DNA of 64,000 nucleotides from an uncultured bacterium (GCA_963727525.1 CAVSGO010000002.1:32001-96000), one strand, 5' to 3'; counted from the stretch's first letter, positions 1 through 9,801 are shown. The notes: generated by a model from the sequence alone, not told the origin. A program made the numbers and translations.

Positions 1-14
1 CTGCTGGTCTTCAT
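1..14 (-). CDS. 5' end of a gene running off the left edge (MKTS...)
   Basis: Minus strand reads ATGAAGACCAGCAG from position 14, with a GGAGGG Shine-Dalgarno-like sequence just upstream. Confidence 0.4.
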
Positions 15-154
15 GCGGCCCTCCGGAGAATCGATCGTCGGCTGTCCCGTGCATAGGCCGGGATTTCCACGTGAACGCGCGTTTTCGCGCGTGTCGCGGC
101 GAACTTCAAGGGTAATGCCGGTCACGTATTGGCGCCATCGGACGACGCGGGCGG

Positions 155-193
155 TCAGGGGAAGACGTCATGGGAAGACGTCATGGGAAGACG
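155..193. repeat. 13-bp tandem repeat, 3 copies: TCA(G/T)GGGAAGACG
   Basis: 155-167 tcaggggaagacg, 168-180 and 181-193 tcatgggaagacg. It overlaps the stop codon of the 181..891 gene. Confidence 0.9.
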
Positions 194-891
194 TAGTGCC
201 ACAGGGTCGGTACGCCGCAGTTGATCGACCACCAATCGGCCGGTGCGGCGAGAAAGCCGCGTGCGATGAGGCGGTCGTCGTGTACGGCCAGTTCGACATA
301 CGCCACCGCCATGGCGCCGATCGACGCGCAAGGCGTTTGCTGGGTCGGGAACCAGGCGTTCACCGGCGCGAAGCCGGCGTCGATCAGCGAGGTGAGCAGA
401 CGCGTGGCTGGAGCCGGCGTGCCGTTGGCGTCGAAATCGTTCCAGGCGACGCAGTAGATCGCCGGGGTGTCGACGATCTGATGATTGGGCTCGATCACCG
501 GATCGGGAACGCCGATGCAGCCGGTGCCCATTCGCCCGTTCTCGGCAGCGGCCAGCACCTCCAGCGCGACGAGTTCGAGTCCACCGCCCCCGTCCCGTGG
601 CGCGCCACCCGCGCGCACCCACGTGCCCAGCGGCAGGGTGCGCAACGTGGCCAGGATATCCCACTGCTCGCGGGTCATGGTCCAGGGGCTCATCGACAGG
701 TCACGGGCCGTGCCGAACCGGTCTACCACGGTGATCTCCACCGGACCGTCCCGCTCGACCGCGGACGAGAATGCGGTCAGCGATCCCTCGATGTGCTGAA
801 TCGAGTCGGGAGCCGTGGTGGCCTGGTCGGAGCAGGCCGCGAGGGGAAGGATCATGAGAAGAGCGAGGGTGACGACGGCAACGTGTCGCAT
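181..891 (-). CDS. hypothetical lipoprotein
   Basis: Likely start MRHVAVVTLALLMILPLAAC has a hydrophobic signal ending in a LAAC lipobox. GGAGG lies upstream. Confidence 0.7.
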   Translation of the reverse strand: MRHVAVVTLALLMILPLAACSDQATTAPDSIQHIEGSLTAFSSAVERDGPVEITVVDRFGTARDLSMSPWTMTREQWDILATLRTLPLGTWVRAGGAPRDGGGGLELVALEVLAAAENGRMGTGCIGVPDPVIEPNHQIVDTPAIYCVAWNDFDANGTPAPATRLLTSLIDAGFAPVNAWFPTQQTPCASIGAMAVAYVELAVHDDRLIARGFLAAPADWWSINCGVPTLWHYVFP

Positions 892-1037
892 GCGAGAACC
901 TCCGCTGGCCGGAGCCCGCTTCGGGGCGAATGGTGAGGATACGGGTTCGGTGGCGTCCGGGTCAAGACCTCGCGACCGCGCTAGGCAATGGCGACCCGGC
1001 ATGCTAGAGTACCGATCCACCGAAGTGGGAGAAATTC

Positions 1038-2009
1038 ATGAACTTGCAGCGCCCGACCAGCATTCCGGTCGTGACTCGCGCTGACATCCCGGACGTGCCG
1101 CCAGATCTCGTGGACGCCTCCAGCGTCTTCAATCCCGGCGCCTGTCGGCTCGATGATGGTCGGACGCTGCTGCTGCTGCGCGTGCAGACACGCGGGCGGC
1201 GCACGCTGCTGATGCGCGCCATCAGCGATGACGGCGAGCGCTTCACCGTCGAGCCCGCGATCGTCGAGGTACGGGGGCTATCGAAGCTCTTCTCGCAGGT
1301 GCACCACGTGTACGACCCGCGGATCACCCGCCTCGAAGGACGATGGATGGTGACCTGCGCCCTCGACACCGATCGGGGCTGCCGCGTGGGTTTGTTCACC
1401 ACCGAAGATTTCACCGCTCTGGACCTGATGACTGTCACGAGCGACCGCGACGTGCGCAACGGCGTGCTCTTTCCCGAGAAGGTCGGCGGCCGGTACTTGC
1501 TGCTCGAACGGCCCAACAGCGTGCTGCCCGCCGGCGGGGCGCGCACGGGCGACATGATCGAGCTGCGCGCGAGCAACGATCTGACGCTCTGGGGGACGAT
1601 GGCGCGGGTCATGACGGGGCGCTGGCACTACTGGGACGAGCTGATCGGCGCCGGCCCCCCCCCCATCAAGACCTCGGCGGGCTGGTTGTTGATCTATCAC
1701 GGCGTGGCGACACACCTGAGCGCAGGCATCTACCAGGCCGGCGCGGCGCTTCTGGATCTCGACGAACCCTCGCGCGTGGTCGGCCGGACGGTCGATAATA
1801 TCCTCGAACCGCGCGAACTCTATGAAATGGTCGGGCAGGTACCGAACGTCGTTTTCCCGTCGGGCCTCGTGTCGGCACCGCCGGGCGACGACGGCTACGT
1901 GCCCCTGGACAGCACCCTGCGCATCTACTACGGCGCGGCCGACACCTGCGTGGGTCTGGCCACCGCGCGCGTGAGCGATCTCGTGGATGCGTGTGTGAAC
2001 GCCACTTGA
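1038..2009 (+). CDS. glycoside hydrolase family 130 protein (beta-mannoside phosphorylase/hydrolase)
   Basis: Motifs VFNPGA, YDPRIT, RNGVLFPEK, GAGPPPIKT, YHGV, GQVPNVVFPSG and YYGAADT are typical of GH130. Confidence 0.9.
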   Translation: MNLQRPTSIPVVTRADIPDVPPDLVDASSVFNPGACRLDDGRTLLLLRVQTRGRRTLLMRAISDDGERFTVEPAIVEVRGLSKLFSQVHHVYDPRITRLEGRWMVTCALDTDRGCRVGLFTTEDFTALDLMTVTSDRDVRNGVLFPEKVGGRYLLLERPNSVLPAGGARTGDMIELRASNDLTLWGTMARVMTGRWHYWDELIGAGPPPIKTSAGWLLIYHGVATHLSAGIYQAGAALLDLDEPSRVVGRTVDNILEPRELYEMVGQVPNVVFPSGLVSAPPGDDGYVPLDSTLRIYYGAADTCVGLATARVSDLVDACVNAT

Positions 2010-2024
2010 CCCGGAGTCGTCCCC

Positions 2025-4850
2025 GTGCCCACTGATCCCCGCCACGTCGTCCTCGTCTCGCACACTCACTGGGATCGTGAGTGGTACCTCACGCAACGGC
2101 GCTTCCAGGTACAGCTCGTGGAGGTGGTCGACGCGGTGCTCGACCATCTGGAGCACGATCCTGCATTCTCGCACTTCGTGCTCGACGGGCAGGTACTGGC
2201 GCTTGTCGACTACCTCGCGGCCCGACCGGAGCAGCGCGAGCGCGTGGAGCGGCTCGTGGCGAGCGGCGCGCTGGTGCTGGGGCCCTGGTATATCCTGGCC
2301 GACGAGTTCCTGGTGTCCGGCGAGGCCACCGTGCGCAACCTCTTGCTCGGGCACCGCATCTGTGGCGAATTCGGCGGAGCGCAGCAGGTGGGCACCATGC
2401 CCGACTCCTTCGGCCACCTCGCGCAGATGCCGCAGATCCTTCAGCAGGCCGGCATCGACAGCTTCATCTACACCCGCGGAAACGGCGACGAGATCGACGA
2501 TCTGGGCCTCGAGTACTGGTGGGAGGCGCCCGACGGCAGTCGCGTGCTGGCCGTGAACCAGCAGGACGGGTACTGCAACGCGTCGGCCCTCGGCCACGCC
2601 GAGATCTGGCAGGCCCATACCAACCGGGCCATCGCGCCGCAGCACGCCGTCGCCAAGGTGCGCGATCTCTTCGCCGCGATGGCGGCGCGCTCGCGCACCG
2701 ACGTGTGGCTGCTCAACAACGGCTGCGACCACCATCCTCCTCAGCGCGACTACGGGACGATCCTCGCCGCCCTGCGCGAGGCGTTCCCCTCGACGACCTT
2801 CACGACGGGGCGCTTCGAGGATTACCTGCAGGCCCTGCGCGCGGCGTCGCCCGCCCTCGAGACCTGGCGCGGCGAGCTGCTGGGTGGGAAGTTGCACCCC
2901 ATCCTGTCAGGCGTGTGGTCGGCGCGCATGCCGCTCAAGCAGGCCAACGCGCGCTGCCAGCACCTGCTCGCGTCGCAGCTCGAGCCGCTGGCCTGCACGG
3001 CGCACTTCCTGCACGGCCGTGCGTATCCGGCCGGACTCATCGACCAGGCCTGGCGCGACCTGCTGGCCAACCACCCTCACGACTCGATCTGTGGCTGCTC
3101 CATCGACGCGGTACACCGTGCCATGGTCACGCGCTTCGCCGAGGTCACCGACACGGCGGAGCATCTGCTGTCGCGCCTGGTCGGCGAGCTGTGCCCTCCC
3201 TTCGCGCCCACGGAGGCGGAGGATCGCGAGACGTTGATCGCCGTGGCAAACCCGCTGCCCACCCGGCGCGACGAGGTGGTGGAGCGCCTCGTCGTGTTGC
3301 AGCCGCTGGGCTACGACCTCGATCATCTCATGCTACTCGACGCCGCGGGGCGCCCCCTCCCGTTTGTGGTGAAGGAACGGCGCTTTCTCGAGCGGTTCTG
3401 GGGCATCGACTACCGCAGCGAGATCCGCAGCGAGGATCAGCTCGCATTGCTGCAGACGTATCTCGACACGTTCTCCAGCCGCATCCTGCGCGACGAATCG
3501 CAGAAGGACGTGGGTCTCACCGACTGCTACCTCACGCTGCAGTTCTTCGCGCGCGACCTGCCCGCCTGCGGCCACACGGTCTACCGCCTCACTGATCGAC
3601 CGCCCACCACACAGACGCCCGCGCTGGGCCGGCAGGATCTCGTGCGGCGCGACGGCCCCACGCTCGATAACGGCCGGCTGCGCCTCACGTTGCATCGCGA
3701 CGGCCGCTTCGATCTGATCGACCGCGCCAGCGGCACCGCGTACTGGGGTCTGAACCACCTGGTCGACGACGAGGACTGCGGCGACGAGTACGACCACTCG
3801 CCCTGCCCCAACCCGCAGACGATCGCCGCCGCCGACACCGTGGGCACGATCGACGCCGTGGAGGACACCGGCCTCGCCGCCACCCTGCGCTGCCGCCTCG
3901 TGCTGAACCTGCCGTGCGCGCTCGCGCCCGACCGCAGCTTCCGCGATGCCGCGCGCGTGGCGTGTCCGGTGACGATCACGCTGCGCCTGACGTGCGGGGC
4001 GAGCCACGCCGAGGTGACCACGCGCTTCGAGAACCGCGCCGAGGATCACCGCCTGCGCGTGGAGTTTCCCACGGGACTCGTCACAACAACGGTGGTGAGC
4101 GACGGCCAGTTCTGGCTCGCGCCGCGTCCGGTCACGCCGCCGCCCAGCGCCGACTGGGTACAACCGCATCCAGGCACCGTACCGCAGCAGGACTTCAGCT
4201 ATGTCTGGCACCAGGGCCGCGGACTGGCCGTGCTGGCGCGGGGGTTGCCCGAGGTGGCACCAGCCCGCGAAGATGACGGCACGGTGACGCTCGGTCTCAC
4301 GTTGCTGCGCAGCGTGGGCTGGCTCTCGCGCGACGATTTCATCTCGCGCCGCTTCCGCAACGCCGGCCCCACGCTGGCCACGCCCGAGGCGCAATGCCAG
4401 GGCCCGCATGAGTTCGCGTACGCCGTGGCTCCGCTGGGCGGCGGCGCGGCGGCCAGTGGGCGCCCCGGACTCGACGGCGACGATACGCCCATCGCAACCG
4501 GCCTGCGCGATCTCTCGCAGTGCTATCAGAACCCGGTGCTCACGCGCCAGGGCGTGCCGGCCGGTTCCGTGCTGCCGGGTTCGCTGCTCGAGAAGACCAA
4601 CCCGGCCGTGGCCGTGAGCGCGATCAAGCGCCACGAGACGCGCGACACCCTCGTGGTGCGCCTGTGGAATCAGACCGACCGCACCCAGCACGAGACCCTG
4701 CACCTGGGCCGTCCCGTGCGGGGCGCCTGGCTGCTCGACCTGCTCGAGGAGCGCCAAGAGGATCTGGCGGTCGGCGCGGACGTGACCGTCGCTCTGCTCC
4801 CGCATCGCATCGTCACCCTCGAGATCGCCCTGCAGGAGGAGGCCCCATGA
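2025..4850 (+). CDS. glycoside hydrolase family 38 alpha-mannosidase (MngB-like)
   Basis: SHTHWDREWY Zn-binding motif, LDGQ, GPWYILADEFLVSGE, PDSFGH, NGCDH, HDSICGCSID. No signal peptide. Confidence 0.92.
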   Translation: MPTDPRHVVLVSHTHWDREWYLTQRRFQVQLVEVVDAVLDHLEHDPAFSHFVLDGQVLALVDYLAARPEQRERVERLVASGALVLGPWYILADEFLVSGEATVRNLLLGHRICGEFGGAQQVGTMPDSFGHLAQMPQILQQAGIDSFIYTRGNGDEIDDLGLEYWWEAPDGSRVLAVNQQDGYCNASALGHAEIWQAHTNRAIAPQHAVAKVRDLFAAMAARSRTDVWLLNNGCDHHPPQRDYGTILAALREAFPSTTFTTGRFEDYLQALRAASPALETWRGELLGGKLHPILSGVWSARMPLKQANARCQHLLASQLEPLACTAHFLHGRAYPAGLIDQAWRDLLANHPHDSICGCSIDAVHRAMVTRFAEVTDTAEHLLSRLVGELCPPFAPTEAEDRETLIAVANPLPTRRDEVVERLVVLQPLGYDLDHLMLLDAAGRPLPFVVKERRFLERFWGIDYRSEIRSEDQLALLQTYLDTFSSRILRDESQKDVGLTDCYLTLQFFARDLPACGHTVYRLTDRPPTTQTPALGRQDLVRRDGPTLDNGRLRLTLHRDGRFDLIDRASGTAYWGLNHLVDDEDCGDEYDHSPCPNPQTIAAADTVGTIDAVEDTGLAATLRCRLVLNLPCALAPDRSFRDAARVACPVTITLRLTCGASHAEVTTRFENRAEDHRLRVEFPTGLVTTTVVSDGQFWLAPRPVTPPPSADWVQPHPGTVPQQDFSYVWHQGRGLAVLARGLPEVAPAREDDGTVTLGLTLLRSVGWLSRDDFISRRFRNAGPTLATPEAQCQGPHEFAYAVAPLGGGAAASGRPGLDGDDTPIATGLRDLSQCYQNPVLTRQGVPAGSVLPGSLLEKTNPAVAVSAIKRHETRDTLVVRLWNQTDRTQHETLHLGRPVRGAWLLDLLEERQEDLAVGADVTVALLPHRIVTLEIALQEEAP

Positions 4851-5821
4851 CCACCCGGCGCGAGTTCCTCACCACCTGCGCCCTCACCGGCGCCGCCCTG
4901 GGCGCGGGACGCTTCGCCCTCGCAGCCGGCGACGCCGGCAGCGGCGGCGGCGCCTCGCCCCCCATCGTGCTGAGCACCTGGAACTTCGGCCAGGCCGCGA
5001 ATGCAGCGGCGTGGCGCGTGCTCGGTGCCGGCACGGCCCTCGATGCCGTGGAAGCCGGCGCCCGCCACACCGAGGCCGACCCGAAGATCTCCACCGTCGG
5101 ACTGGGCGGCCTGCCCGACCGCGACGGCCACGTGACCCTCGATGCCTGCATCATGGACCACCGGCGCCACGCCGGCAGCGTCGCCTGCATCGAGCACATC
5201 CTGCACCCCGCTTCGGTGGCCCGCCGCGTGATGGAGAAGACGCCGCATGTGATGCTGGTAGGCGACGGCGCGCTGCAGTTCGCCCTCGCCGAGGGATTCG
5301 AACGCACCGACCTCCTCACGTCCGAGGCCGAGCGCGCCTGGCACGACTGGCTGCGCAAGGCGAAGTACGAACCGAAGGCCAACATCGAGAACCACGACAC
5401 CCTCGGCATCCTGGCCCTCGACGCCCACGGCCACCTGGCCGGTGCCTGCACCACGAGCGGCATGCAGTTCAAGATGCACGGCCGCGTGGGCGACTCTCCC
5501 ATCATCGGCGCGGCATTGTATGTCGATGGAGCGGTCGGCGGCGCCTGCGCCACCGGTCATGGCGAGTACGTGATGCGCACCCTGGGCTCGTTCCTCGTGG
5601 TGGAACTGATGCGCCGCGGCGCCTCCCCGCAGGACGCCTGCGACGAGGCCATCGACCGCGTCCTCCAGGACACGGGCAAGGACGTCGGCGAGGTGCAGGT
5701 AGGGTATCTCGCGCTCGACACGCGTGGCCGCATCGGCGCGAGCTGCGTGCAGCCAGGATTCCAGTACGCGCGCCGCACGGGGACGTTGGACGAGGTGTTG
5801 GACGCGCGGAGTCGGACCTGA
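4847..5821 (+). CDS. N4-(beta-N-acetylglucosaminyl)-L-asparaginase (glycosylasparaginase), Tat-exported
   Basis: MTTRREFL twin-arginine leader, LSTWNFG, VGLGGLPDRDGHVTLDACIMD, NHD-T autoproteolysis site, GRVGDSPIIGA. ATGA overlap with the GH38 gene. Confidence 0.9.
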   Translation: MTTRREFLTTCALTGAALGAGRFALAAGDAGSGGGASPPIVLSTWNFGQAANAAAWRVLGAGTALDAVEAGARHTEADPKISTVGLGGLPDRDGHVTLDACIMDHRRHAGSVACIEHILHPASVARRVMEKTPHVMLVGDGALQFALAEGFERTDLLTSEAERAWHDWLRKAKYEPKANIENHDTLGILALDAHGHLAGACTTSGMQFKMHGRVGDSPIIGAALYVDGAVGGACATGHGEYVMRTLGSFLVVELMRRGASPQDACDEAIDRVLQDTGKDVGEVQVGYLALDTRGRIGASCVQPGFQYARRTGTLDEVLDARSRT

Positions 5822-5850
5822 GACGCGATGGCGACGATCCGCCGGGAGCG

Positions 5851-7014
5851 CTAGCCCGCGTGGCGGGCGAGGTAGCCGAGGATACGGCCGCTCGTGCGCA
5901 CGCGTTGCAAGATCATGCGTAGGCGGCGGGCCGCGCTGTCGAGTTGCTCGGGGGGACAGCCGGCCATGAACATGGCGTCGGCGTCGGGTACGAGGAAGCG
6001 CCGCACCTCGCGCGCGCGCTGGCGCGGAGGCGTGCACAGCCAGTGCAGGAGATGCTCATAGCCCTCCTGGTGCACACCGCGCTGGGTGAGGCAACCGGCG
6101 GCGATGTCGAGTCGATCGATCACCCGGCGCGTGCGGATCGACGGGCGGCACGTCCGGCCCACGATCGCCGGCATCGCGATGCCGGTGATCTCCTCGCGGA
6201 TGCGGTACTGCAGCCACAGACCGGTGTCCAGTCCGCTGGCGATTGCGCGGTCGGCGAGACACTGCCGATCCACGTCGCTGAGCTCCGCTTCGAGAAGATG
6301 CAGGTCGAGGATCCGCCGCAGATCGCTGAATCCCGCGGCGATGCTCTGCAGCACGCCATGGAGGATCTGGTCGACGGCCGACGGCGCCATGAGGGTGGCG
6401 CGCCCCATGGGGATGGGCCGGGCCTCCCGACGCATGGCCTCGAGATCGTACTTGTAGACCGAATGCGGCAGCGTGAGCGCCCAGTGCACCTCGAGGAAGA
6501 TCCCGTGCGGACTGCGCAGGATGCGATGGAAGTGGTGCTCGTCATACGAGCGGGCCAGGGCAGCGCTGCCCTGGCGCCGGTAGCCGAGGCGCTCGAGGGC
6601 GTCATACGCGGTGGGCAGCTCGTCGCGCCGTAGCAGGATGTCCAGGTCCATGAACCAGCGGTCTTCCGGCCGCGCGTAGGTGCCGAGCGCGAGCGCCGCG
6701 CCCTTGAGCACCACGGGCGTGCACGAGACCTCGTCGAGGGCAGGGAGGATCCGTTCCAGCTCGAGCAGCATCCAGGTGGTGCGCTGGCGCGCCAGCGCGA
6801 GCGCCCGCTGCAGGCGCTCCCATTCCGACTCCGGCAGCGCCCGGCGGTCCACGTGAGGGGCCAGGGCCGAGGCGGCTGGGTGGCTGGCGAGCAGGCGCAG
6901 GAAGCGGTCGGGATCCAGGTCCGGCGGTGGCACCACCGGTACCTGCGACTTCGCGACCCAGGCGCGAACGAGGTCGCCGAGGTAGTGGGTCTCGTGATCG
7001 AGAACGTTGGCCAA
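5851..7014 (-). CDS. nucleotidyltransferase family protein (NTP_transf_5-like)
   Basis: VVLKGAALA...R.FMDLDILL, LEVHW and ILHGV...DL motifs. TTG start with a purine-rich RBS. Confidence 0.85.
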   Translation of the reverse strand: MANVLDHETHYLGDLVRAWVAKSQVPVVPPPDLDPDRFLRLLASHPAASALAPHVDRRALPESEWERLQRALALARQRTTWMLLELERILPALDEVSCTPVVLKGAALALGTYARPEDRWFMDLDILLRRDELPTAYDALERLGYRRQGSAALARSYDEHHFHRILRSPHGIFLEVHWALTLPHSVYKYDLEAMRREARPIPMGRATLMAPSAVDQILHGVLQSIAAGFSDLRRILDLHLLEAELSDVDRQCLADRAIASGLDTGLWLQYRIREEITGIAMPAIVGRTCRPSIRTRRVIDRLDIAAGCLTQRGVHQEGYEHLLHWLCTPPRQRAREVRRFLVPDADAMFMAGCPPEQLDSAARRLRMILQRVRTSGRILGYLARHAG

Positions 7015-7127
7015 CGAGGTCTCCCCTCTCGCCGGATCGGCAGGGGCTCAATGTTGCATCCGGGGCGGTCGAAGTCCACTATGACTTCGCACACGATATC
7101 GGTCGTATCAAGCCCGGGGTTGACGAT

Positions 7128-7613
7128 TTGGTTGACGACAGCGCCCGTTCCGAAGCCGCGTTCGCCTGGTGGCAGCTCTACAAGCAACGTCTCGGACCCG
7201 ACGAGCGGGTCACGTTGACGATGCTCTCCGGTAGCATGGCGCCCGTGCTCCCGGTGGGCGCCACCATCACCATCGCCGGAGTTCGGCCGGGCGAGTGCCG
7301 GGTGGGCGACATCGTGGTGTTCCGCGAGGGCGAGCGGCTCGTATCCCACCGCCTGGTTGCGGGCTTGTCTTTCGGGCGGCATGGTGTTTTTCTTCAGGCT
7401 GGCGACAGCGTCTCGCGGCCCGGCTGGCTACGATCCGATGCGATCGTCGGCCTGGTCACGGCTGTTTGCCGTCTTGAAAACGAGTTTCGGGATCTTCGTA
7501 CGCCCCAAGCCCGGCACGACGCGCGGCGCCAGGCCCGATACCGGCTTCTCGGGTTGCTCAAGCAGCCTTTCTCGCCCCTGGCAAGGACGGTCCGGTCATG
7601 GCTTCGACGGTAG
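7128..7613 (+). CDS. S24/S26 family signal-peptidase-like serine peptidase
   Basis: SGSMAP (catalytic Ser), GDIVVF, SHRLV and GD motifs. The start is uncertain; I chose the TTG at 7128. Confidence 0.75.
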   Translation: MVDDSARSEAAFAWWQLYKQRLGPDERVTLTMLSGSMAPVLPVGATITIAGVRPGECRVGDIVVFREGERLVSHRLVAGLSFGRHGVFLQAGDSVSRPGWLRSDAIVGLVTAVCRLENEFRDLRTPQARHDARRQARYRLLGLLKQPFSPLARTVRSWLRR

Positions 7614-8452
7614 CCTCCGAATATCGGCTGCGTCTCGGGCGCGCGGTGGTCGCCTTCACCGGTATTTCGTCGGCGCTGGCCACAGAGTTGGCCGAGTGGT
7701 TCGATCGGGAATCGGATCCGGGCCCACCGGACCTGAGTCTTCGCCTGCGCGTGCGCAACGATGCCGAGCGCCCGGTGGTGCCCAACTCGCTGCTTGCGAA
7801 CAAGGAGGTCGACGGGTCGCGCTTCCGCATCGCTCACGGCCTCATCGCAGGTTCATGCGACGGCGCCGAGGGCGAACTCACCGTGCACGCGGTGCTGTTG
7901 CAGGGGCGCATGCGCCGGGTCTTCGAGCAGATCCTCTATCAAGCCTTCCGCACCGTGGCGGCGCGCAAGAGCTACGACGCCACGCTCGTGCACTCCTGCG
8001 GCGTGATCCGCAAAAACGAGGGGTACCTCTTCGTCGGACCTCCGGGGAGCGGCAAGTCCACCGTGGCGTCGCTCAGCCAGGCCCATCACGTGGTGAACGA
8101 CGAGATGCCTCTGGTGGAGTTCCGCGACGACGGCCCCTGGCTCGTGGGCACGCCGTTCAACGGCCTGTTCCGCGACAAGGCGCCGGGCGAGGCGCCTCTG
8201 CGCTCGATCATGCTCCTGGCCCACGGCCCGACGCACGTGCTCGCGCCGGTCGGGCCGGGCGAGGCCGCTGCGGCCATCGCCGCCGAGATCGCCCCCCCGG
8301 TGGGCCTCGGCGAGCTTGCCGACGGTCGCACGCCCCTGGCGATGCTGGAAACAGCCACGCGTCTCGCCATGGCGGTGCCGGTGTACCGTCTGATCTTCCG
8401 CCCTGATGAGGGATTCTGGTCCGTGATCACCGCCGGCAAGACGGCAAGCTGA
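7598..8452 (+). CDS. HPr kinase-related P-loop kinase (ScmC/HprK-related)
   Basis: VHSCGV followed by Walker A GPPGSGKST, then NDE and GTPF. Confidence 0.8.
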   Translation: MASTVASEYRLRLGRAVVAFTGISSALATELAEWFDRESDPGPPDLSLRLRVRNDAERPVVPNSLLANKEVDGSRFRIAHGLIAGSCDGAEGELTVHAVLLQGRMRRVFEQILYQAFRTVAARKSYDATLVHSCGVIRKNEGYLFVGPPGSGKSTVASLSQAHHVVNDEMPLVEFRDDGPWLVGTPFNGLFRDKAPGEAPLRSIMLLAHGPTHVLAPVGPGEAAAAIAAEIAPPVGLGELADGRTPLAMLETATRLAMAVPVYRLIFRPDEGFWSVITAGKTAS

Positions 8453-8463
8453 CGAGGTAGCGC

Positions 8464-8751
8464 ATGCCCGATCTGAAAACCATCCCCGCCCCCAACCCCG
8501 AGTACAGCGTACGCGTGGTCGGCGACGAGACCGTCTTCCTGGCGCCCGCCGGCGACCAGATCTACAGCCTCGACCCGGTCGGCACCTTCATCTGGCAACA
8601 AATCGACGGTACACGCACCCTCGCCGACATCCTCGCCGTCCTCGTCGACGCCTACGACGTCGATCAGGACGAGGCCCGCGTGGATCTCATCGAGTTCGTC
8701 AACGAGCTGGCCGGCCGCGGCCTCGTGTCGCTCGGCCCGCGCGGGAGCTGA
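8464..8751 (+). CDS. PqqD family protein (RiPP recognition element)
   Basis: 95 aa with the PqqD/RRE pattern YSLDPVGTFIWQQIDGTRTLADI...YDVD...A..DL..FV.EL...GLV. Confidence 0.9.
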   Translation: MPDLKTIPAPNPEYSVRVVGDETVFLAPAGDQIYSLDPVGTFIWQQIDGTRTLADILAVLVDAYDVDQDEARVDLIEFVNELAGRGLVSLGPRGS

Positions 8752-8797
8752 ACAACCGGCGTGGCGCTGAGCCTCTCGCGCCACGCGCCCTCGGTGG

Positions 8798-9682
8798 TCA
8801 CGGCATCTTCAGCGTGGCGGTCACGGGGTAGTGGTCGGACGGCCAGTGCCCATCGCGGCTGGTATCGACGATCGCCGCCTGCAGCACGGCGACGTTCGGC
8901 GAGACGAGGATGGCATCGATGCGGCCGGTGGTGGGCGTGCCGGTGAAGGCGTGGAAGGTGCCGGTCGGGGCGTCGCCCCGAGGCGTGATGGTGGCGTAGG
9001 TCTCGGTGAGGCGTGGGAGGCCGTCGCCGTCACCCTCGCGCAGGATGCGGCCGGCAGCGTCTTCTTCGGTCGCCGGGATCTCCGTGTTGAAGTCGCCGGT
9101 GAGGATGATGGGGATGCCCTGCGCGAGGTCGATCGCTTTCTGCCGGACGAGCCGCGCCGACTGGCACCGCGCCTCCACGCCCACGTGATCCCAGTGGGTG
9201 TTCACGACGAGGAGCCGGCGGTCTTCGTGCTCGCGGTCGGCCAGGCGCGCCCACGTGGCCATGCGGCACAGCGCAGCGTCCCAGCCCTTGCTCGCCACCA
9301 CATCGGGCGTGGGACTGAGCCAGAAGTGTCCGGAGTCGATCACGTCGAAGCGCGCCGCGCGCACGAACACGGCGCACATCTCGCCACCGTCTTGGCCATC
9401 GTCGCGGCCGGCGGCGATGACGTGGTAATTCGGCAACGCATCGGCGACCGCGTCGCGCTGCATGGCGAGGCACTCCTGCGTGCCCAGGATGTCGGGGGCG
9501 AAGGTGGTGATGGTGGCGAGGAGGAGGTCCTTGCGATGCTCCCACGAGTCGGCGCCGTCGTCGGCCAGGCCATAGCGCAGATTGAAGGTCATGACGCGCA
9601 CGGGATCGTTCGCGTCGGCGGTGGCCTTGGTCGCCGTCGCTGACGTGGCGGCGAGGGCGAGCAGGAGCAGGAGGGCGGGCAT
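8798..9682 (-). CDS. secreted endonuclease/exonuclease/phosphatase family protein
   Basis: Signal peptide plus MTFNLR, DILGTQE, NTHWD, TGDFN, RIDAI and PSDHYPV. Confidence 0.9.
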   Translation of the reverse strand: MPALLLLLALAATSATATKATADANDPVRVMTFNLRYGLADDGADSWEHRKDLLLATITTFAPDILGTQECLAMQRDAVADALPNYHVIAAGRDDGQDGGEMCAVFVRAARFDVIDSGHFWLSPTPDVVASKGWDAALCRMATWARLADREHEDRRLLVVNTHWDHVGVEARCQSARLVRQKAIDLAQGIPIILTGDFNTEIPATEEDAAGRILREGDGDGLPRLTETYATITPRGDAPTGTFHAFTGTPTTGRIDAILVSPNVAVLQAAIVDTSRDGHWPSDHYPVTATLKMP

Positions 9683-9801
9683 CGCGCGGTCCTCTCGTTG
9701 AGGCGATCAGGTAGCGAGGGTTGAGAGCGGCGCCAGTGGCGCCGGCACCGATGGTGTTAGGCGTTACTATTAAACCGCTTACACGAATTCTCGCGTGACG
9801 G

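Noticed and set aside
155-193. CRISPR array
   Set aside because: The units are 13 bp, contiguous and have no spacers, and there are no cas genes.
5851-8751. Complete lasso peptide cluster
   Set aside because: I found no asparagine-synthetase-like cyclase, no B2 protease and no precursor ORF.
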